Shown here piece by piece: positions 56,644 to 64,000 of a stretch of 64,000 bases of DNA; the stretch's first letter is position 1; every line of letters begins with the position of its first letter. Both the position numbers and the translations under genes were made by a program. The stretch comes from Betaproteobacteria bacterium (GTDB taxonomy: Bacteria > Pseudomonadota > Gammaproteobacteria > Burkholderiales > SG8-41): assembly GCA_021730905.1 (NCBI GenBank), contig JAKFYK010000021.1:1636-65635 (forward strand), read 5' to 3'. The notes beneath the pieces were generated by a model, which did no database searches, was not told where the DNA came from, and worked only from the letters and a program-made list of their open reading frames with translations.

Positions 56644-56775
56644 TACTATGTACTGTGCATGGCATGTTACCGCAACAAGCGTCTCTACCGCGGCCAATTC
56701 CTGCTATGCTTTTCGGGAATCCGTAACACCCGCAACATATCCCCTACTCACTTTCGGAACATCCAGGGAGCACTC

Positions 56776-58416
56776 ATGCCAAAAATGACCGGTCACCGAT
56801 ACTTTGCCGAAGCGATGCGCGGCTACGGCGTGTCACATCTGTTTTATGTGAACACGATCATTCCGCCCGCGATGCTGGAAATCGACAAGATGGGCAGCGT
56901 AAAGCGCGTGGTCACGCACGGCGAAAAAGCGGCTGCCTACATGGCCGACGGTTATGCACGCGCATCGAACAAACCGGGCATTTGCCTGTGCCAAGACATC
57001 GGCAGCACCAATCTCGCCGCAGGCCTGCGCGATGCGCATATGGCGGGCTCGCCGGTGATTGCGATTTCCGGCGGTCAAAACGACATGCCGCGCTATCGCC
57101 ATGCCTATCAGAACGCGGAAGACCACAGCGCGTGGGATGGCGTTACCAAGGCCAACTACTCGGTCGATAGCGCGGCACGCTTTCCGGATTTGCTGCGGCA
57201 GGCATTTCGCGAATCGACTACCGGCGCGCCCGGTCCGGTACATCTGGAACTACGCGGCAACGCGGGGCAGATGCTCGACAAGGAAGCCGAATACGATCTC
57301 ACCTTCGAGCAGCGCTACACGCGTTATCCCGCGTTTCGCCCCACGGCTGAAGAAGCCGACATCAAGGCAGCGTTGAAGGAACTCAAGGAAGCGGCTAAGC
57401 CCATCATCGTGGTCGGCGGTGGCGCGGTGACATCCGGCGCGGGCGCAGAAGTCGTCGCACTTGCCGACAAGCTGCAAATCCCCATCGCCACCAGCCTGCA
57501 CGCGCGTGCACTGGTGCCCGACGACCACGCACTCGGTGTAGGCGTGCCCGGCAGCTACTCGCGCTGGTGCGCCAACAAAGCGGTGGCCGCGGCGGACCTG
57601 GTGTTCTTCATTGGTAGCCATACCGGCGGGCAGGTCACCAACGGCTGGTCGATTCCGAAAATCGGCACGCGCACGATACAGCTCGATATCGATCCGGGCG
57701 AACTCGGCCGCAATTACCCGAACGTAGTATCGATGTGCGGCGACGCCAAGGCCACGCTCACTCGTATGCTGGTTGAGGTGGGTACCGCCACGCCGCGCGC
57801 CGAGTGGCTGGAACAATGCCGCGGCTACGTCGCCGATTACTGGGCCGAGAGCGATCCGCTGCGTAATTCGGATGACGTGCCCATACGCCCGGAGCGCATG
57901 GCCAAGGAACTCGGCGACTGGCTGCCACCCGACGCAGTGCTGGTCGTCGATACCTTTCACGCGGCGCTGTGGACCGCGCAGATGTCACGCATGAAGGCCG
58001 GCCAGCGCTACATTCGCTGCGGCGGCTCGCTGGGCTGGGGTTTTCCCGGCACATTGGGTGTGAAAGCCGCACTGCCGAGTACGCCGGTGATCGGTTTCGC
58101 CGGAGACGCCGGCTTCTACTACCACATGGCCGAGATGGAAACCGCAGCGCGCTGCGGCCTCAACGCCGTGATGGTGGTCAACAACAATTATTCGGGTGGC
58201 GTGGCCGAATCGGCTGCGTTCCAGCGCGAAGTGAATTTCGCCAAGGTCGCCGACTCCATGGGCTGCGCGGGCTTTCGCGTGGAGAAAGCCGCAGACATAC
58301 GCGGCGCGCTGGATAAAGCACTCGCCTGCGGCAAGCCCGCGATTGTTGAAATTATCGGCAATGCGGCAATCCGCGCAAAACGCGGCTGGGCGCCGGCGGG
58401 GATTACCGGGGAGTAG
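56776..58416 (+). CDS. Thiamine-diphosphate-dependent enzyme (acetolactate synthase-like), paralog type 2
   Basis: The ATG is at 56776 (MPKMTGHRYFAEAMRGYGVSHLFYV). The ThDP motif is GDAGFYYHMAEMETAARCGLNAVMVVNNN. Confidence 0.85.
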   Translation: MPKMTGHRYFAEAMRGYGVSHLFYVNTIIPPAMLEIDKMGSVKRVVTHGEKAAAYMADGYARASNKPGICLCQDIGSTNLAAGLRDAHMAGSPVIAISGGQNDMPRYRHAYQNAEDHSAWDGVTKANYSVDSAARFPDLLRQAFRESTTGAPGPVHLELRGNAGQMLDKEAEYDLTFEQRYTRYPAFRPTAEEADIKAALKELKEAAKPIIVVGGGAVTSGAGAEVVALADKLQIPIATSLHARALVPDDHALGVGVPGSYSRWCANKAVAAADLVFFIGSHTGGQVTNGWSIPKIGTRTIQLDIDPGELGRNYPNVVSMCGDAKATLTRMLVEVGTATPRAEWLEQCRGYVADYWAESDPLRNSDDVPIRPERMAKELGDWLPPDAVLVVDTFHAALWTAQMSRMKAGQRYIRCGGSLGWGFPGTLGVKAALPSTPVIGFAGDAGFYYHMAEMETAARCGLNAVMVVNNNYSGGVAESAAFQREVNFAKVADSMGCAGFRVEKAADIRGALDKALACGKPAIVEIIGNAAIRAKRGWAPAGITGE

Positions 58417-58509
58417 CTGCCGCCAGTCAAACACAGGACGAGTATTCGCGAAGACACGCTCAAGTACGCCAGGCTGATCAAGGAAGTCGGCATCAAACCG
58501 GAGTAAGCC

Positions 58510-59499
58510 ATGCGCATGTGCGCTGGAAACGACAAAATTCATACGCTGGCGTGGACGCTGGCGGCGGTTGCCTGCGTGATGTCGCACGCGTACGCGCAAG
58601 ACTCCTACCCTGCCCGTCCAATAAGAATTGTCGTACCCAGCGGTGCCGGCGCGGGCAGCGACATACTCGCGCGGATGATCGCGCAACGTCTGACCGAGCG
58701 GCTGGGCAGGCAGGTGGTGGTGGAAAATCGTACCGGCGCCGGCAACATGATTGGCTACGAGTTTGCCGCCAAATCGGCGCCCGACGGTTACACGCTGGTT
58801 TCGGGTGTGAGCACGCTCGCCATCAATGCGGCAACCTACAAGAAAGTGCCGTACGACGCGCTGCGCGATTTCGAGCCGATTTCGCACACGACGAACGTGC
58901 CCAATCTTCTGGTGACGCACCCGGCGCTGCCGGTGAAAAATCTCAAGGAACTGATCGCGCTGGCGAAATCGCGTCCCGGCGAGCTGCTGTATGCCTCGGC
59001 GGGACACGGCACCAATCCACACCTGACGATAGAACTGCTCGCGACCATGGCGCAGGTGCGCTTTGTGCATGTGCCGTACAAAAGCGGCCCGCCCGGATTG
59101 ACCGATCTCATCGCAGGCCAGGTGCAATTCATGGCCACCGCCATGAATTACCTGCGGCCACATGCGCTCGGCGGACGCTTGCGCGCGCTCGGTGTCACCA
59201 CCGCAAAACGCACGATCTCCATGCCCGACATGCCCACGCTCGCCGAATCCGGCGTGCCCGGCTACGAATCGGTGCAGTGGTACAGCATGCTTGCGCCGGC
59301 GAAAACACCGCGCGCCATCATCGATCGGCTCAACAGGGAAATCGTCGCCTACCTGCGCTTGCCGGAAGTGATGGAAAAAATGACTGCCGACGGCAATGAA
59401 GTCGTCGCCAGCACGCCCGAGGAATTCGCGGCATTTCTGCGCGCGGAAACAGTGAAGTGGGCGAAGGTCGCCAGGGCCGCCGGGATCAAACCGGAATAA
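58510..59499 (+). CDS. Bug/TctC-family periplasmic solute-binding protein
   Basis: 329 aa with signal peptide plus [26 protein letters not shown]. Confidence 0.9.
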   Translation: MRMCAGNDKIHTLAWTLAAVACVMSHAYAQDSYPARPIRIVVPSGAGAGSDILARMIAQRLTERLGRQVVVENRTGAGNMIGYEFAAKSAPDGYTLVSGVSTLAINAATYKKVPYDALRDFEPISHTTNVPNLLVTHPALPVKNLKELIALAKSRPGELLYASAGHGTNPHLTIELLATMAQVRFVHVPYKSGPPGLTDLIAGQVQFMATAMNYLRPHALGGRLRALGVTTAKRTISMPDMPTLAESGVPGYESVQWYSMLAPAKTPRAIIDRLNREIVAYLRLPEVMEKMTADGNEVVASTPEEFAAFLRAETVKWAKVARAAGIKPE

Positions 59500-59504
59500 G
59501 CGCC

Positions 59505-59969
59505 ATGCATATCTGGGTCGACGCCGACGCCTGTCCCGTCGTCATCAAGGAAATCCTGTTTCGCGCGGCGGTGCGCGCCGAACTGCATCTCACACTGGTC
59601 GCCAACGCACCACTAGTTACACCGCGTTCGCCTTGGATAGGCACGGTGCAGGTGCCGCGCGGCTTCGACGTGGCGGACAACCACATCGTATCGGTTGTCG
59701 CGGCCGGCGACCTGGTGATTACCGCGGATATTCCGCTGGCTGCGGCCGTAGTGGAAAAGGACGCGCTGGCACTGAATCCGCGCGGCGAGCTGTATACCAA
59801 AACAAACGTGCGTGAGCTGCTCGACATGCGCAACTTCCTCGACACGCTGCGCGGCAGCGGTGTTGAAACCGGGGGGCCGCGCGCCTTCAACCACGCGGAT
59901 CGTCAGGCATTTGCCAATCAACTCGACCGTTTGCTGGCAAAACAATCTGCAAATCGGGGTATCACGTAA
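59505..59969 (+). CDS. YaiI/YqxD family protein (DUF188, UPF0178)
   Basis: [22 protein letters not shown] is the characteristic N-terminus. The ATG is at 59505. Confidence 0.8.
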   Translation: MHIWVDADACPVVIKEILFRAAVRAELHLTLVANAPLVTPRSPWIGTVQVPRGFDVADNHIVSVVAAGDLVITADIPLAAAVVEKDALALNPRGELYTKTNVRELLDMRNFLDTLRGSGVETGGPRAFNHADRQAFANQLDRLLAKQSANRGIT

Positions 59970-59986
59970 GTATTTGTTTTTATTAT
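59967..59986 (-). repeat. AT-rich recurrent motif, copy j
   Basis: The minus strand reads ATAATAAAAACAAATACTTA. It overlaps the TAA stop of the YaiI-like gene and fills the 21-nt gap between convergent genes. Confidence 0.8.
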
Positions 59987-59990
59987 ATTT

Positions 59991-60875
59991 TTAAATACAG
60001 GAAGATTGTGCCGGCAGTGGCACATCGATGGTCGTCACGCGCCGCAGTTCGCGATGATGCTTTGCGTCGTCAAATGCTGTCGCACGATGCATGGTGGCGA
60101 GGTTGTCCCAGATCACGAAATCGCCGTCCTTCCACAAGTGGCGATACACGAACTCGCGCTGCGTCGCATGCTCCATCAACTCCATCAGGAACAAGCGCCC
60201 GTCGGCCACCGGCCAGTCGATGATGCGCGTGGCATGCGCAGCAAGGTACAAGGACCTGCGCCCGGTACGCGGATTGACGCGGGTGATCGGATGTATCGCA
60301 CCTTTGAGCCTGTCTTTTTCTTCCTGCGAAAAACCGAAACCGAGTATCTCGCGCGAGTAGGTGATGGTGTGATGCACGCGCAAGCCCTCGAGTTTGCGTT
60401 TTGTTTCATCGTCGAGCGTGTCGTACGCCGCGCGCATGTCGGCAAATTCGGTATCGGCGTTGACCTTGGGAATCACCCGCGCCGACAGCGTTGAATACCG
60501 CCCCGCCGGATCCTGAAACGACGCATCGGTATGCCACAGACGGTTGCCGAGGCTGTACATGCGCTTGCGATCGTCGGCTTTGAGGATAACGCCAGTGTTA
60601 TCGACGTTCGAGATATCGGCGATGGCGTCGTTGCCAAAACGATTGGCCGCCAGCGCGGCAGCACCCGGCTTCACGTGCAGCGTGCCGTCGAAGCGCTCGG
60701 CAAACGCGAGTTGTTCCGCGTCGGTGAACGGCTGATTACGAAACACCAGCACGCCGTGCTCGTCCATGCCCGCGCGCAGTTGCTCCAGCGTGGCGCGGTC
60801 ATCAACCTGCCGCAGATCCATCGGGCTGCCTTCGGCACCCACATGCGGATGCAGCTTGCGAAAAGTTACCGTCAT
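59991..60875 (-). CDS. TauD/TfdA-family Fe(II)/2-oxoglutarate dioxygenase
   Basis: RLWHTDASF (HxD) and ATMHRA are present. The ATG at 60875 follows gggagg. Confidence 0.85.
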   Translation of the reverse strand: MTVTFRKLHPHVGAEGSPMDLRQVDDRATLEQLRAGMDEHGVLVFRNQPFTDAEQLAFAERFDGTLHVKPGAAALAANRFGNDAIADISNVDNTGVILKADDRKRMYSLGNRLWHTDASFQDPAGRYSTLSARVIPKVNADTEFADMRAAYDTLDDETKRKLEGLRVHHTITYSREILGFGFSQEEKDRLKGAIHPITRVNPRTGRRSLYLAAHATRIIDWPVADGRLFLMELMEHATQREFVYRHLWKDGDFVIWDNLATMHRATAFDDAKHHRELRRVTTIDVPLPAQSSCI

Positions 60876-60925
60876 CGACTGCCTCCCATCATCAAAACAC
60901 CATTTAAAACGGTTACTCACATAAA

Positions 60926-61963
60926 CTATGCAGCCTGCACCTGCTTCACGGGAATACCGCCGCGCTGCACCCAGCGATAACGCTCGGTCAGATTATCCGC
61001 CAGCGGCCGCCGCTTCGCATCATCCACCGCGATCCACATGCGCAGCAAGTGACGCTCGCGGCCCGCCTCCGGGTGATCTTCGTACGCCTCGCGCGCATGC
61101 AGCATCGTGTGATTGTTGACGAGTTGAATGTCACCTTCCTGAAAATCCATGCTCAGCATCAGCTCGGGCCGGTTGGCGATTTCCTGCACCATCACCAGCG
61201 CCTCGCGCTGAATCGCCGTCGGCGCATATTGCGCGCCGTGACGCGCAGCGGACTCGTAATACGGCAGGCTGTTGATGCGCGTGGTGATCTTACCGTCGCG
61301 CTCGCTGAACATCGGCAACGTGAAGTATCCTTTTTCCCCCGCCGGCTCTTCGCCGCGCCAGTCAATATGAAACAGGCCGTAGAGTGCATCGAGCAGATCC
61401 GGGCGTTCTTCCCGCAGCACGTTATGAATGGTCAGCGCGCTGGTCAGTTTGCTCGCGCCGCCGCGCTTCGCGGTGCGCAGACAGAACAAGCCCAGCAAAT
61501 CCATCGGCAGCATGTCGGTATGAAAATCCATGCGCTGGCTGGTTTGATAAGCGCGCGCATTGGGATCGGCTTGCGTGCGCCCTTCGTCGCGCACGTGGCC
61601 GAGCAGATGCCCGCGCGCGTTCTGCGATATTGGCTTGCCGAAATGCACACCGAGTCCCCAGTAAATCAATTCGCAGTCTTCATCGGAATAGCGATGACGC
61701 GGAATACCTCGCAGCAGTTTGAAGCCCTGCCCGTGTTCGACATCGTTGAGTATTTTTTCAATCTGCGCCGAAACCTGCGGCAAAGGAAAAGCTTCCAGCC
61801 CAAAAGGAATCTGCACACCACGGCGTTTGGCGTGCGCCAATGCGGCATCGATCTCAGCAATGGCCTCGGCATCGAAGTGGTACATCCACGACGCATCATT
61901 CTGGATGTGCGGTCCGATCCAGGCACTGGGGTCCGTAACAGGCACGTACTGCCGTGTTGCCAT
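60926..61963 (-). CDS. TauD/TfdA (clavaminate-synthase-like) family dioxygenase, second type
   Basis: 345 aa. RMDFHTDM (HxD) and NNHTMLHAREAY are present. Confidence 0.75.
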   Translation of the reverse strand: MATRQYVPVTDPSAWIGPHIQNDASWMYHFDAEAIAEIDAALAHAKRRGVQIPFGLEAFPLPQVSAQIEKILNDVEHGQGFKLLRGIPRHRYSDEDCELIYWGLGVHFGKPISQNARGHLLGHVRDEGRTQADPNARAYQTSQRMDFHTDMLPMDLLGLFCLRTAKRGGASKLTSALTIHNVLREERPDLLDALYGLFHIDWRGEEPAGEKGYFTLPMFSERDGKITTRINSLPYYESAARHGAQYAPTAIQREALVMVQEIANRPELMLSMDFQEGDIQLVNNHTMLHAREAYEDHPEAGRERHLLRMWIAVDDAKRRPLADNLTERYRWVQRGGIPVKQVQAA

Positions 61964-62004
61964 TGCGTGTCTCGCTTACAATATTCAAACGGCGTTATTT
62001 TAGC

Positions 62005-63165
62005 CTAGCCCAGCCGCGGATCGGCCGTCGATTCACCGCGCGGCTTCACCGGCGGACGCGATTTCAGCACTTCTTCGTTCAGCGCAATGCCCAGCCCCGG
62101 CGATTGCGGCACGGCGTAGCTGCCGTTGACGAGTTTTGGATGATCACCCGTAAACAGGTCATCGTAGATATTGCCCTCGCTTTGCCGCTCGAGGATCAGG
62201 AAATTCGGCACCAGCGAGCACACATGCAGGCTGCCCACGTTGCACACCGGCCCGGTCGGATTGTGCGGCGAGAATTTCACGCCGCATTCGTGCGCGCGCG
62301 TCGCCACCGCCAGAATGCCGCTGTAGCCGCCGGTGTACTTGATATCGGGCATCACCACGTCCAGCAGTTTGCCGCGCAGCAGCGGTTCGAAACCCAGCGC
62401 GCCGATCTGGCGCTCGCCGCCCGCCACCAGCACGCCCATCGCTTCCGCCGCGCGGCGCACGCGGTCCAGCACCGGATGGTGCTCGGCACGCTCCGAGGTC
62501 AGGCATTCCGCCCAGAACAGTTTCACCGGCGCGAGGTCTTTCAGCAATTGCAGCGCGCTCGCCTCATCGAAACGCCAGTGGCAATCAATCAACACGCCCG
62601 CGTCGGGGCCGACCGCGTCGCGCACGGCATGGATGCAATCCAGCGCGCGGCGGTACTTCTTTTTGACTTCCGCATCACCCAGGTCCGCCCAGTACACGCC
62701 ATCAAACGGCGCGAGCTTGAACGCGGTATAGCCCTGCGCCTTGCGGTCGCGCGCCAGCGCGGCAAAACCCTGCGGCGAGCGATCGGTCGCTGCGCGGTTG
62801 ATATTGCCGTAGACGCGGATGGTGTCACGCAGCGGCGCGCCGAACAGGCGATGGATTGGCACACCCGCCGCGCGCGCCTTGATATCCATCAGCGCCATTT
62901 CCGCAGCGCTGAGGATGGAATTCCACACTAGGCCGCCGACCGCATGCGGATACACCGCCAGCAACGGCAGCGCTTCGTCCGGCGTTTTACCGGCGATCAG
63001 TTCCGACAACCGTTTGCAGTTGAGAATCTGGTTTTCCTCCCAGCCGCCGGAAAGCGAGGCCTCGCCCCAGCCCGCCAGTCCGTCATCGGTTTCGATTTTC
63101 AGGAAGAACCAGTTGGTTTTTTCCGAGACATTGACGGCATAAGGCTTAAGTATCTGTATTTTCAT
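62005..63165 (-). CDS. Enolase-superfamily enzyme (mandelate racemase/muconate lactonising, D-galactonate dehydratase-like)
   Basis: The ATG is at 63165 (MKIQILKPYAVNVSEKTNWFFLKIETDDGLAGWGEASL). Downstream strings are FKLAPFDG, LIDCHWRF and MPDIKYTGG. Confidence 0.82.
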   Translation of the reverse strand: MKIQILKPYAVNVSEKTNWFFLKIETDDGLAGWGEASLSGGWEENQILNCKRLSELIAGKTPDEALPLLAVYPHAVGGLVWNSILSAAEMALMDIKARAAGVPIHRLFGAPLRDTIRVYGNINRAATDRSPQGFAALARDRKAQGYTAFKLAPFDGVYWADLGDAEVKKKYRRALDCIHAVRDAVGPDAGVLIDCHWRFDEASALQLLKDLAPVKLFWAECLTSERAEHHPVLDRVRRAAEAMGVLVAGGERQIGALGFEPLLRGKLLDVVMPDIKYTGGYSGILAVATRAHECGVKFSPHNPTGPVCNVGSLHVCSLVPNFLILERQSEGNIYDDLFTGDHPKLVNGSYAVPQSPGLGIALNEEVLKSRPPVKPRGESTADPRLG

Positions 63166-63285
63166 GTTTTCTTTTGAGTGATTCAGGACACCGGCATCTT
63201 TTGCGGGACACCGCAGCAACCGTGCGGGACTTCGTCTATATTACCCGCGTTCCGCTGCATGTCCGGCGGCAAGGAGGAGAAAACC

Positions 63286-63753
63286 ATGCCCGACTACAAC
63301 CTGCGCGTAAACGGCGCGTCGCGCACCGTGCGCGCCGATGCCGACACGCCCCTGCTCTACGTGTTGCGCAACGACCTCGAACTGAACGGCCCCAAGTACG
63401 GCTGCGGCCTTGCGCAGTGCGGCGCGTGCACCGTGCATATCGATGGCCGTGCAGCGCGCTCGTGCGTCACGCCGGTATCGGCACTGGCCAACAGGAACAT
63501 CACCACGCTCGAAGGCATCGGCACGCTCGACAAGCTGCATCCGCTGCAAAAAGCGTTTCTCGACGAGCAGGCGGCACAGTGCGGATACTGCACCAGCGGC
63601 ATGATCATGTCCGCGAAAGCGCTGCTCGATGCCAACCCGAAACCCACGGAAGCGCAGATCAAGCAGGCGCTGGCCGGCAATCTGTGCCGCTGCGGATCGC
63701 ACAACCGCGTCGTGCGCGCGGTGCAGCGTGCAGCGCAAAACAAAGGAGCCTAA
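63286..63753 (+). CDS. (2Fe-2S)-binding small subunit of a molybdenum hydroxylase (IorA/aldehyde oxidoreductase-like)
   Basis: The ATG at 63286 follows aaggagga. GCGLAQCGACTV and CGYCTSGMIM...CRCGSH are the two [2Fe-2S] motifs. Confidence 0.9.
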   Translation: MPDYNLRVNGASRTVRADADTPLLYVLRNDLELNGPKYGCGLAQCGACTVHIDGRAARSCVTPVSALANRNITTLEGIGTLDKLHPLQKAFLDEQAAQCGYCTSGMIMSAKALLDANPKPTEAQIKQALAGNLCRCGSHNRVVRAVQRAAQNKGA

Positions 63754-63754
63754 G

Positions 63755-64000
63755 ATGACCACCGCCACGCTCTCGCGCCGCAAATTCCTTAAGCAGGGCG
63801 GCGTCATCGTCGCCACCTTCAGCCTTGCCGGCCCCGCCGCCATCGCGCAGCAGGCCGCGCGGCCGCCGCTGCCCGGCGGCCTGAACAACAACCGCATGCT
63901 TGACGGCTGGATACGCATCAATGCCAACGGCAGGGTCACCATCCACACCGGCAAATGCGAAATCGGCCAAGGCATACTCACCGCGCTGGCACAGATCGCC
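63755..64000 (+). CDS. Molybdopterin-binding large subunit (IorB-like) with a Tat signal, 5' part only
   Basis: The ATG at 63755 lies 1 nt after the upstream stop. MTTATLSRRKFLKQGGVIVATFSLAG is a twin-arginine leader. The frame runs off the window end. Confidence 0.75.
   Translation, partial: MTTATLSRRKFLKQGGVIVATFSLAGPAAIAQQAARPPLPGGLNNNRMLDGWIRINANGRVTIHTGKCEIGQGILTALAQIA

Noticed and set aside
1-64000. tRNA, rRNA, IS elements, prophage, and defence islands (restriction-modification, CRISPR-Cas, retrons, toxin-antitoxin clusters)
   Set aside because: I scanned the intergenic regions by eye and found no tRNA-like T-arm (GGTTCGAATCC-type) strings or rRNA. No transposase, integrase, reverse transcriptase or phage structural genes are present. 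The HNH and PIN genes are isolated, with no partner genes suggesting a defence system.

Overview
This is a 64-kb high-GC proteobacterial chromosome segment. The gene content suggests a Burkholderiales-like betaproteobacterium: nine Bug/TctC-type periplasmic solute receptors are scattered among small catabolic operons, next to the housekeeping block trpH-yciO-M50 protease-trpS-scpA-scpB. That taxonomic call is inference only, since no search was possible. I support 57 protein-coding genes, two of them partial at the window edges. I saw no rRNA, tRNA, CRISPR array, transposase, integrase or phage genes. Product names come from motifs I recognise by eye, not from database hits. The ORF track prints GTG/TTG starts as M, and many of its long ORFs are high-GC shadow frames that I discarded. 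Main hunt results follow. (1) ORFs 9121..9411 and 7771..9048 on the minus strand share one frame and are separated only by a TGA. The junction reads GSGD-U-GSCTSW, and a stem-loop with a GU-containing loop follows the TGA, so this is a candidate UGSC-type selenoprotein fused to a large uncharacterised domain. (2) An AT-rich motif of about 20-35 nt (core TAAAAACAAATAsTTA) recurs at least 10 times. It almost always sits at gene junctions, often 4-35 nt upstream of start codons. One copy lies in-frame inside a ThDP-enzyme gene, and another sits exactly where a binding protein has lost its signal peptide. (3) A 994-aa secreted FecR-domain protein carries about nine near-identical 105-bp (35-aa) Ala/Lys/Asp/Glu tandem repeats. 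(4) REP-like palindromes are present, including a perfect 29-bp inverted repeat of the ATTCCCGCGAAGGCGGGAAT type. An 18-nt fragment of one REP is embedded in a Bug gene. (5) Smaller oddities are a TrpRS with a Cx21Cx6Cx2C motif, an alpha/beta-fold protein with Lys at the nucleophile position, and a co-located FMO, class-V PLP enzyme and gamma-glutamyl hydrolase set.
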